Assembly (NCBI GenBank): GCA_030141605.1
Contig: JAQGDQ010000150.1
Location: 1 to 64,000, forward strand
Length of the DNA stretch: 64,000 bases
Direction: 5' to 3'
DNA from: Tubiluchus corallicola
Lineage: Eukaryota; Animalia; Priapulida
The first letter of the stretch is position 1. Each line of letters begins with the position of its first letter. The notes below the pieces were generated by a model, which made no database searches, was not told the origin of the DNA, and worked only from the letters and a program-made list of their open reading frames with translations. Positions 53,801-64,000 of this stretch are shown one piece after another. A program made the translations under genes and the position numbers.

Positions 53801-55080
53801 GAAATGCTGGAGATCATACACAAAACTTCAATCATGATCAACAGAATGATGGAAATGCTGGAGGTCATGCACAAAACTTCAATCATAATCAACAGAATGA
53901 TGGAAATGCTGGAGGTCATGCACAAAACTTCAATCATAATCAACAGAATGAGAGAAATGCTGGAGGTCATGCACAAAACTTCAATCATAATCAACAGAAT
54001 GATGGAAATGCTGGAGGTCATGCACAAAACTTCAATCATAATCAACAGAATGAGAGAAATGCTGGAGATCATACACAAAACTTCAATCATGATCAACAGA
54101 ATGATGGAAATGCTGGAGGTCATACACAAAACTTCAATCATAATCAACAGAATGATGGAAATGCTGGAGGTCATACACAAAACTTCAATCATAATCAACA
54201 GAATGATGGAAATCCCGGAGGTCATGCACAAAATTTCAATTATAATCAAAGGAATGATAGAAATGCCGGAGACCATGCACAAAACTTTAATCGAAATCAA
54301 CAGAATGAGAGAAATGCTGGAGATCATACACAAAACTTCAATCATGATCAACAGAATGATGGAAATGCTGGAGGTCATGCACAAAACTTCAATCATAATC
54401 AACAGAATGATAGAAATGCCGGAGGTCATGCACAAAATTTCAATTATAATCAAAGGAATGATAGAAATGCAGGAGATCATACACAAAACTTTAATCGAAA
54501 TCAACAGAATGAGAGAAATGCTGGAAACCAAATGCAATACTTCAATCGCAACACAAACAGAGCCTCGGGGGAAGGCAACCAACAAACTGGTCAGACTGCA
54601 ACCCAGCCGACAGAATACTATAATCACAATGCTGGCCAAACTACGATAGAACGTACACAGTATCAGCCAGATGATCAAAGCGGAGTGCAAGGAACAGAGC
54701 AACATAATGGCAAAACTGAAGGAAGTACAACTGGGTATTCACAGAGACAACAAACTGATCAAACTGTAAAAAAAAACTTACAAGCGCAAGACTATTACAA
54801 TAACTATTATAATAGAAGCACAGTAAATAATGAACAGCATCAAGAAAGTCAACAAGCTGGGATATCACAGCGGCAACATTATAGTGGCAGTGTTAATAGA
54901 GCTCCTAAAGAGAATGAGCAAATACAGATACTTATATCTGACAGTGAGGTACAGCAACACCAGTACAAAAGGTCACGAAAAAAGAACAAATCACGGTCTG
55001 GACGATGGGTGACAGTTAGAAAACCCCGCCAGAAAAAACGAAAAAACAAACGCAAAAAAGGCAAAAGATATAGATACTGA
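42308..55080 (+). CDS. MMP-B: secreted matrix metalloproteinase, no hemopexin domain, with duplicated alternative exons (predicted 423/427 or 886/890 aa)
   Basis: Exons 42308-42439, 42993-43063, 44418-44578, [45295-45385 or 46178-46280], 48289-48719, [51456-51841 or 53306-55080]; all four combinations are in frame. Motifs: signal peptide, SGYL, TGLFD, FGCGDKD, RMKR, HGDGNPFDGKGDVLAHAF, HESGHLFGLSH, AVMYP. Confidence 0.88.
42993..43063 (+). CDS. MMP-B exon 2
   Basis: DELVNSGYLSHIHPTIYELQSSLR; 71 nt. Confidence 0.85.
43150..43992. mobile_element. Inverted-repeat pair (MITE-like) in MMP-B intron 2
   Basis: caagctc..agcaggacttt..aaagctgggcac..aatcc..cagtgactg (~43156-43232) is the reverse complement of ~43898-43992. 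Confidence 0.6.
44418..44578 (+). CDS. MMP-B exon 3 (cysteine switch, furin site)
   Basis: LYQAAHNLTVTGLFDEATQKKMHRFGCGDKDLGEMPLIVPGRRQRMKRQTGKA. Confidence 0.87.
45295..45385 (+). CDS. MMP-B exon 4a
   Basis: LIPWSRWWFICNLSWDVRSPPPKERTARAVR; 91 nt like MMP-A exon 5; phase 1 -> 2. Confidence 0.82.
46178..46280 (+). CDS. MMP-B exon 4b (homologous alternative to 4a)
   Basis: YDFRSIYDQARWWFICDLIWDVKNEHKTVNPAIVR; phase 1 -> 2, donor AG|GTAAAA; exact acceptor less certain. Confidence 0.75.
47398..47471. repeat. (CT)n microsatellite
   Basis: Direct reading. Confidence 0.97.
47793..47835. repeat. (AT)n microsatellite
   Basis: Direct reading. Confidence 0.95.
48289..48719 (+). CDS. MMP-B exon 5 (catalytic domain)
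   Basis: QMFRRALQRW...HESGHLFGLSHSNNFSAVMYP...IREKY, donor C|GTAAGT. Confidence 0.95.
49040..50130. mobile_element. CpG-rich degenerate non-autonomous element(s) in MMP-B intron 5
   Basis: Sharp CpG/tcgc-gcga enrichment; direct repeat gtgaaaccctggctt at ~49125 and ~49829; boundaries approximate. Confidence 0.4.
51456..51841 (+). CDS. MMP-B last exon 6a (basic / acidic / Ser-Thr-rich tail)
   Basis: ttttcag|PLRWCDNQKHVPFYPRRIDRIR...STTKSFTETTSA*; AATAAA at 52337. Confidence 0.82.
53306..55080 (+). CDS. MMP-B last exon 6b (N/Q/H/G repeat tail with polybasic end)
   Basis: ctttcag|PIAWCDNQQHVPFYPRRIDRIR...KKRKNKRKKGKRYRY*; AATAAA at 55080 and 55095. Confidence 0.82.
53479..54549 (+). repeat. 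Coding tandem repeat, 21 x 51 bp (17 aa)
   Basis: Consensus (N/D)QQN(D/E)(G/R)NAG(G/D)H(A/T)QNFNH, counted unit by unit; no indels. Confidence 0.95.
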
Positions 55081-55862
55081 ATAAATGAAACACAAATAAA
55101 TGTGTTGTTTCTACACAAAGCAGTACACTCCAAACTCTGTATCTATGTGCTACACACAGGATCGAATTCATGTGGGCTAATAAAAGACAACCATCATGCT
55201 TGATTTGCTTGATCAGCGATTATGTGTGTTTCAGAAAGAATGGAAAATTACAGGTTACCATAAAGAAAAATATAACCATACTCCATTATATGCGCCTGTA
55301 CAATACAGCAGTTTTGACAAAGATAAGTGGCGTAATTACTGTACTGGAAAATGCAGCAATAATGGGTAATATGAAAATTACAAATCACTTTTTTGTTGTT
55401 GACACCCTCTTACACTGTTTCAACAAACATAACATAATACTATATTAATGGTAATATTTTGAAGGTGCATGGTAAACTCCGTAAACAGTATACACCCTTA
55501 AATTTCATGCAAAAGATCTGTTCCATTGTTTTCAATTGTTTCAGGTAGGCTTAAAGTATAGATTTAAATGTCACGCTTACTGAATTGCTAGCCTCATTCA
55601 TAAAGTGAGGCAAAGGACTCAATTTTGAAGTAAAGGGCGATGCACTTCTGAAGTATTGTACGATATGCACATATTATGCAGGCTAACAATCTCTCTATTT
55701 CCCTGCATTTAAATTTAGTCACAACCATTATAGACAAGAATGGACACTTGGCAAGGAATAATGGCAAGGATTTCACGTATCAGCTATGTCTGGTATGTCT
55801 AATTTTGAGGGTGATAGCAAAACTGTATCATTATCTCTAAACATTGCAATGAAATTTGTCTG

Positions 55863-55894
<32 letters not shown>

Positions 55895-57928
55895 GATATA
55901 TATATATATGGTATGTCTAATTTTGAGGGTGATAGCGATAAGTCACAGTCAAACATTTAGCTAAACACTGTGTCTTAAGCTGTCATAGCAAAAAGATATA
56001 TATATATACATTTCGGATCTAACTTGCAATTCAATATAATAATGATATTTCCTATCCAAAACTTCGCTCCCCAGTCTCTGCAACGGCCAACATGTTCAGT
56101 GGATTTGCTAATCATTGTTGACTTTCGAATATTGCACTTAATGTGACCGTAAAGTACCGAGTCAGTTAAATTTCGAATTTCTGACATCATTACTCACTAG
56201 TCCATGGCCTTATATCATCATGTGTGAATTTGATGGAAACTTTTGCTAACATACATTTTTGTGTTCATTGGGGTTCAGTGCCTTAAAATTTTTGTAATTT
56301 TCCAGCATATTTAGTTTTTCTAGATAATATTTAAATTTTTATCCCAAATAGTTCGTTGGTAAACTATTTCATTCCCATCAGAAAATGAAATGCATTGTGC
56401 ATAAGTAAAAAACCTTCAACTTTTACGAATGCTTCAAAATTACTATAAGAGACAAACACAGACCTTATTTACTGCAAGTCAGTGCATTCGACTTACAAAT
56501 GGCATTTATTTGTTATGTTACGTTAAGTTTTGCTTCGACCCTGTGAGATACAGTTACGCTACTTGATAAGTTTCTGTTTTTAAAACTGTTCAATCATGTT
56601 AAGCTTAAAAATACGTATTTTTGTCTTTAATTTTGACCCAATAGTAAAATTCCTTACAATTTTAACAAAAATAACCTTGAATTGCCATCTTTTCTGCCTC
56701 CAAAAAACAGCTGGGGCACATTTCAATTTCAAAATTGCTCTCACTAGGTACTCAAGAGTTTTGCTCTTCAGGTCAAAACAATTGGGGCCTGTCTTAAATT
56801 TTGCTTAGACCCTCTTGGATATAGTTATCCCACTGGATGAGTTTTTAGCTTTAAGGCTAACTAAAGAAAAGGTTACAAACTCTTTTTTTCAGGTACGTAT
56901 TAGAAACCTATAATACAACTCCAGAATAGACTTTCCACATTTTCAGACTATTGAATTTCAGGTTTTAACGACAGCAAAATGAGCATCAGGCCACACCACA
57001 TCTCTTCCAATATTTAACCAATCTGATAAAAATAAATATCATTAACCACATTCACAATCAGTAAAACTGCAATTAATAGATCCTTATACTACAACAAATT
57101 GTAAAAAACTTTACAGCACAATCCACCAACATAATTAGATTGTTAATATCATACACGGTAGTTACAAATATAAAACTAACGTACTAATTTTAAAATACTG
57201 TCTCCCAAAATATAGATACACATATAAACCAAGTGAATTTTGCAATACAGTATACAAAGTTTCAAGAAACTGTAAATGTTACAATGCATCAAATACATAG
57301 ACAATTATTTCTGACTTACGTAATAGTTTTAGGCTTCCCACTTTCACTTTTACTTTTTTATGAACTAAAGACAAAATCAAACATAACAGAATGAGTGAAG
57401 TAAAATGCTCAGCTTTATTGAAGCAAAAACAAATTATACACAAGCTATTCAAAAGTTACAGTCCAATCCAATACACTGATCCTAATTTTTGAAATGCCAA
57501 AACAAAGTTTTACAAAACTTGGCTTCAATGGAAAAAAATATCTTGTATCAAAATAAAAATTCAGTAATAAACATTCGGTTGCTAATTTTCTATATAATTT
57601 GTAATGCACAAATTGTTCAAAGAAGTAAATATTTTGAATATTATTACAACATTGACACTACTGTTCTTATTAAAGGTTTGGCTCCCATATAAGAACTTTG
57701 CATACTTACAGCCATTTAGAAAAAAAATTATGTAGTGATTCATACTACTTAATGCACTCCCATCACTGACGAGATAAAAGTAAACTGCTTTCAATGGAGC
57801 TGTTGATTTCAAATGTGGAACAGAACCAACTATTGGGACACGAATAACTGCCCGTTTCCAATATATAAAGAAGGTTACTACATCAATGTGTAAATATTAA
57901 TCTAATGCTGCAAATCTGTAATGATTTT

Positions 57929-60900
57929 TCAGTGTTCCAATTCCGGTAATTTTCCATATTTTTTCTCATAATACTCTATATATTCCTTTTTTCTTTGTTC
58001 TCGTCGAGTGAAGTAATCGGGATAAACAGCTTTTTCCAATGGATGCCACCAATCCAAAACCTTTACAAAAACAAATTTTTACAAATAAAAACAAGCTTTT
58101 ATAATTTCATTAGTATTTTAGTTTAAAAATACTAGACAGCCAATATCCCTCGTAAGTGCTGCCACATGGATGTATATCACTTCGCGTGTTGTACAGTTCG
58201 TCACTAGTACAGTTCGCCGATAAAATTTCTCAGCTATGTTATTACCTTACTACTTCTAACAAAATGTTTCAGTTTGCCAGTGGTATGGCTCGCTAGTACA
58301 CACTTCGCCGGTGGTACATTTTGCCAGTAAAATGTTATGTTAATACCTTATGTATAATGGGTCTGGAACCAGGTTAGTTTGCATCTGAGTTTAAAGTCAT
58401 TTGGGCCATTTGTTAAGGAGTTATGGCTTAAGGTTTTTTGGCCGTGAACACGACCGCCATGGCGATGGTCCCCGATCCCGACCCCTGTATAGAAATACCT
58501 TTTTTAGAAAACATTGGAAACATTGCCATAACTTACCCCATCAGATCTGGTAAGTTTACATATCATTCTTACAAACACTCTTTTGTGTTTTGAAAGTTTC
58601 TTTTGGACATAACAAGTTTGCTTTTTAACAGCGGAGATATGGTGATTTTAGTCTTTTCTGAAAAATGTTATCAGCATAGATTTTTCTTGTATCAATGCTA
58701 TTTAATCCTAGTTTTAATTGTTCATAACTCTATAACCACGTAAACAGTTACTAAGAAATTTTGCATTCTGAAACCTTGTCACAAAAGTTTTTTTTTCAGT
58801 AAAAAATTGCCACCTTAAATGGCCATGTGTAAAAATAAAAACTAACGCTAATTTTGGGCCAAAGTTGTTATAAACCCTGGTGCATTATATACGGTTCTGT
58901 TGATAATTGCCAGTCACTATGTCCATATGCATAGACAATGTAACATGTCCAGGAGCTATTCTGAGGGACAGCACTAAGGACAATAAGGGGATGTACGATT
59001 GTACATGTTTGAATTAGCAAAACCACAAAACTACAGGACCTGTCACCTGTCTCATTGTCCTAACTGCTGCATGGAATAGGTAAAGTGCGTGTGCTCCAGT
59101 GTTGAAGGTTTCCCCAGCTTTCATATGGGAAAGCAGCTCACAGGGTGGGTAGTTGGGAAACAACCACATTGAAAAGTTTGTTGGGCTTAGAAAACTGGTT
59201 ATGACCCAGATACTGGGGGACAAGCCCCATCTGAGCACCGATCTCGCCAAACAGAGCTGCTGGGGCTGGCTCATCTGGCAGGGGCCTTTTTAGGCCTAAG
59301 CCACCGAAGACTTGTTCTCAACCACCTTCTGCAGTCCAAAATGACACAATGGTTAATGTTTTAAATAAATCACGTACAAGTGCCAAATTGTGAACTGGCA
59401 ATGTATCCAACACTAGCAGGAAATTGTCAAGATTGTAAAAGTTACAGCGCAAATCTTGGCAAAATTTCCCAAACAGAAAATTTTTGACAATGTCAAAAGC
59501 TTGGTTGTGGTAAAGAAATTTTAATCTGAGGAGGTACGTTCTATCACTCTTACTTTCTTAGCAATTTCTCAGTTTTTTTCTGTGTTGACAAGTTCAGTTT
59601 CGATTGTACATTAGGAAATCTGTATCTAATGTACTGTGTCTACCATGAAAAAACACAAAAAAGAAAAAGAAAAAACCAAAAGGCTAAACCAGCACAAATA
59701 TAGTGCCACAAAAAAATAAAAAATAAATGTAATACTGGCGAACCGTAATACTGACAAACTGAAATATTTTGTTAGAAGTAACAAGGTAATAATATAGCAG
59801 AGGAATTTTACTGGCGAAATGTACTAGTGGCGAACTGTATCACTGGCAAACTGTATTAGTGGAAAACTATACCACTGGCAGATTGTACCACTACGAACTG
59901 TCAACTGGTTAAATGGCTGGATATCCTGCCATATAATGGCACAACATTTAATATAAAAAAACATTGAAATAGTTTGTTTCCTTAAAAACTAATTTCTAAG
60001 ATACTAATACAACACTTAGTAATCAGCATCAACTAAGGCAACTTTTCACTAGGCAACTAATTTTATTTTGATATTTTAACATGGTAACTAATCATTTCAT
60101 TTAGATATTTTAACAGAAGTTTTAAGCAATTATTTTAGTGGTTTTTTTGTTCAAAGAATCACAAACAAGCTTTTAAAAAGATCTGTTTACTAGAAACTCT
60201 AAAAGCCCAATCAAGTTGCCTATAATGCAAGCATGTGATGTAGCTTAAACAAGCAAATCACTGACAATTCACTAAATGGAAAAGAGTGACTGCCTGGCAG
60301 CAAAACTCCTGCAAGTTAATAAATACACTTACATCATCAGGTGGGTTGACAACTCTCTCGTAGCAACTACCGCCAGGTGAGTAGGCAACTGAAATGTGAA
60401 ATTGAAACTCAGTGACACATTTAAATTTAGTTATTTAGTTAACTGCTGCTACACAAACAATGACCTATAAACATAGAAAATGAAGTTTACTTATTTTTTT
60501 CCAAATGCTGATGATATAGATTCAGCAATATCCTTCACAAATGAGCACAACACAGATAAAACATACTAAATTAAAGTAAGATATAGTCAAACTATAACAA
60601 TTATAATGACCAGCATACATAATTATTTGCTCATATAGAAAAACAACCTTGCAAGATCGAAAGTGAGAAGATGATGTGGAATAATGAAAGTGCAAGCAGT
60701 GCATAGATAAAACAGAACACAGCCTGAAAGGTAATGATAATATACAGATGTTGCTAGAATAAGGACAATGGAATAATGAACGATGAAAAGATTAGATTTA
60801 CATTAGAATTTTAATAATATCAATGAGACATGGCAACCAGCAGGGCAATGAGCAAAAGAGGAGGGTATATTCAAGAGGTGCCAATATAAATTTGCTTGGT

Positions 60901-62084
60901 CCTACTTCTACAATTTCTTCATTTTTTATCTTTTCTACTTTTCCTTGTTCACTTACTTGCTTCCACTGATTTACTATTACTGTACACCAATTCTTCCATG
61001 TTACATTAATTATTAAAATATGATAAGTTTTGAAAAAGCAAATTACAAATGATATCAATTAGTTACGCTTCACACTGAATTGAATTAGTTTCTACTTAAA
61101 CTTGAGAAAAGCACATTAATTTTTAATACACCCAGGTAGATAATTCCAAACTAGAGATAGCTAAAATTTCATAAAATGCTATGTGTTTTAAATGGTTATT
61201 AGTTAAACAGGATAACTGGTTATAGAACTCATTATTAATGTGTAAGTTTCATTAAATAATAATTGCAAAGCATATTATAACATTTCACTTTCAATTTTAG
61301 AAGATTCCAGAAGCATTTACTCAATGTTAGTTTTAATACAAAAAATGCAACATTGTATTATCAATAGAAAGACTTTTGCACTATTCAAATGATGAGTCGT
61401 TTACAGTAGCAAGTCTGCTTAATTTTGAAGTAGTAAATCCAGAAATTTTCTCTTGAAGGACCCTAAGGATTTTTAGATTAGTTGTATAAGTAGTATACTA
61501 CTGAAACAGTTTTGATACGGGCAGATAAGCAGTGTTTTATGTGACAGATTATTCTTATAAATTACATGACAGGTATGACAGATTTAGCAACGCATATTAA
61601 CAGTAATAGTAACATGATTTAAAACTTGTCTGACATTACACTTTGTAATAAGTCTGATGTATGCCACACCACACAATAGTAGCCACACATTCAAGATACA
61701 ATGCAGTAGCACAGCATTAGCAACTTTCTCCAAAATTTTGAAGCCTATTTATTCCTTAGGACATATTCCAGAAAAAATTTCAAAGCTACCTTTTATTACA
61801 AACAAGAAAAAGTACTTATATTTAAATAATTGCTTGTGTTCAATTGTGAATCTTCCAATATGTTCGAAATGCAGGCCAACACAAAATAACTTAAATTGCT
61901 ACTCACAGCTATAAAAATTAAAACCCTTCTAAAGAACTTACATTTCTTTGGCTGTGGATGCATTGTTAAAAATAATTCTTCCTCACCATCAATTACAATT
62001 TGTTTAGCAATACGCATGTCAATTATGTGTCGATTTTCTTCAAACCGCTGTCTCATGAGACTTTGTCGATATCGGTACAGATCT
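57929..62084 (-). CDS. NDUFB9: NADH dehydrogenase (ubiquinone) 1 beta subcomplex subunit 9, last three exons (5' end beyond window)
   Basis: Exons 62084-61942, 60388-60333, 58060-57929 splice in frame: RDLYRYRQSLMRQRFEENRHIIDMRIAKQIVIDGEEELFLTMHPQPKKFAYSPGGSCYERVVNPPDDVLDWWHPLEKAVYPDYFTRREQRKKEY..., matching NDUFB9 motifs HPQP, SPGG.SYER, WHP.EKA.YPDYF. Confidence 0.92.
58168..59926. mobile_element. Foldback/Mutator-like element in the NDUFB9 last intron
   Basis: Arms of tandem tacagttcg(c/t)c (58190-58330) inverted against tggcgaa(c/a)tgta (59735-59900); GGAT...ATCC ends; flanking (c)tgccacat / (c)tgccatat probable TSD. Confidence 0.7.
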
Positions 62085-63779
62085 CTAAGATATAAAACCA
62101 TGTTATGTAGCAAACAAATCAAAAATCTTTTTGTAATATCGTTTTTTCAATTTGCAGTTTTAAGAATTAATGAATAAAGTAACGTGTTTTGGACGTTTTA
62201 AACAAAAAGGGAAATGCAAATAAAGTCAACTGAACAATATCAGCAAAAACAGCAAAGTTTTAAACTAGCACAAAATTTGAAAAATTCTCAAAGTATGAGC
62301 AAAAATGAAAGTATGACTAAACAGTCAATACAATACAACAGTTAGATATAAGATATTAGGTCTATGATAAAAATATTTTTGATTATGATGCATTATGGTG
62401 AATTATGATTATGATTCAAAAAGTAACACACTAAATTAAGTGAAATCAGTGATATGTAATAAATCTAGCAAGCATATTAGTTTAGACTTGTTCAACAGCC
62501 AATATCCTTAAATTAATGGTACATGCACATGTAGACATTCCTTTTAATGCTAACCTATAAAAATTCCTTAATTTTAGGAACATCAAACATCAAGAAAAGT
62601 TCATTACTGTGTATAATAAATGCACATATTCTAACAAACAGCAAAAATATATAACAAGTAACAAAATTGTTATGACAAAGCTGTTTTATATTGCAAACCT
62701 ATGTTAAGTGACACCTCCTACAAATAAAAGCTTAAAATAAAATACAAAACCACACAGAAAAAAATTATACTGGGACGTTTGTTGGAATTTTTCCCTTTCG
62801 TGTATTCTTTAAGAAATCTTGCATAAAATGTTAGGACTTTTTATAGAACTCTCACTCCACAAGCTGAGATTTAACAGCAGAGCCTATTCTGTGTAGAGCC
62901 GTGCAGACTCACAGGCATCTAATGTCGTTATCAAGGATAATTTTCTAGGAAGAGATACTGGTATTTCAGTTATGTTAGATAATGTATACATATATCCTCT
63001 CTCAATAAGATAAATATTAAATACCCACATGTATCATGTAGCATGGCACTCCATACAAGTTTTAAAACCAGCTGCTATCCAAGCACATAGCAAAAAGCTG
63101 CCATGTTTTGTTATTCAACATACTAACAAAGCTACAGGTATCACTTTTTACATCTTTATGAAACTAGAAAGCTGGCAAAAACGCAAGATCTGATTTGCGC
63201 GCACACAAACACACACACACACACACACTTCTCGCAAATTCAAATTTGATAGGTACACATTTTTTAATGAACAGATGCAATATACATATACTTTGTCTCT
63301 TTTTAAACTTAACTTGTCTGAGTGATTCACTGAATGTATAGGCCTAATTACATTCACAGTTTATAACTTTAAAAAAAGCTGCTAAGATTGCTTCTTTTTC
63401 AAATGATTTCTAATGTTGGCCACAAAAGCAAGCAATAGCAATTTTATTTCATCTGTAAAACTTTTATAATGCAATATTTTTAAGGGAAACAAAAAAAAAT
63501 GTTCATTAGCAACTCAGACTCAGTACAGTAGATTGAAACCACACACATCTGCAAACAATGCTTCCTAAGATTAAATTAAAAAAGCCTCACAGTAAGCCCG
63601 CAAATTTAATGTCTGAAAAATTGTTTCATGTTCCTGCAGAGTTCTAGAAAATTTATGTGTTTATATCTTGTTAAGCATTTGTATTAACTGCAACTTTTGT
63701 TCATAAAAATTCAAGTAATTTCACTCATTGTAGAATAACATTTTATTATTTTTTAAAAACCTGTTTTATTAGGTTTGCT

Positions 63780-63945
63780 TTTCAATGTTTATAATACCAC
63801 TGTGTTATGAATTCTTATGATATAAATGAGTTGTGCACTGCAAAAAGTACAACTACACACTTATCATGTTATTGATGAGCAAAAATACTTCATGCAAATG
63901 AAATTAATGGCCAAATTCATTTCACATAAAGTGCCTTATGAAGAC
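63780..63945 (+). repeat. Dispersed repeat shared with ~2830-2995
   Basis: tgttatgaattctt..taaatga..tgtgca and aatggccaaattcatttc..gtgccttatgaa present at both sites in the same orientation. Confidence 0.7.
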
Positions 63946-64000
63946 CTAAATGGCCTGCAAGGAGCTACCATGGATTATGGCTAACAGCTTATGATGAGCG

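Noticed and set aside
53479-54549. CRISPR-like regular array
   Set aside because: Units are contiguous with no unique spacers, in a eukaryotic coding exon.
53302-54705. 467-aa hydrophobic minus-strand ORF and 398-aa second plus-frame ORF
   Set aside because: Shadows of the stop-free 51-bp repeat. Only the frame continuing WCDNQ has a matching acceptor and homology to the other tail exons.
62085-64000. First (LYR-motif) exon of NDUFB9
   Set aside because: I found no LYR-like open frame with suitable splice sites; it presumably lies beyond the window.

Overview
AT-rich, intron-containing animal (invertebrate-type) genomic DNA; the species cannot be identified from the sequence. By splicing exons by hand I reconstruct four protein-coding genes. 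(1) A complete 8-exon HCN (hyperpolarization-activated cyclic-nucleotide-gated) channel on the minus strand (19570->2072, ~574 aa), with a TATA box and a perfect CRE upstream. An inverted near-identical copy of its exon 7 region sits at the left window edge. (2,3) Two tandem plus-strand matrix metalloproteinase (M10A/matrixin) paralogs with no hemopexin domain: MMP-A (26546-34471, 8 exons, 354 aa) and MMP-B (42308-55080). MMP-B carries two homologous, apparently mutually exclusive versions of the exon starting its catalytic domain. It also has two homologous alternative last exons, one of which encodes 21 x 17-aa N/Q/H/G-rich repeats plus a polybasic tail. (4) The last three exons of NDUFB9 on the minus strand (62084->57929), with its 5' end outside the window. 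The rest is decayed CR1/L2-type LINEs (one with a nested piggyBac-type MITE), non-autonomous DNA transposons and microsatellites. The most unusual element is the modular MMP locus. All splice models are inferred from GT/AG signals and frame continuity, not from transcripts.
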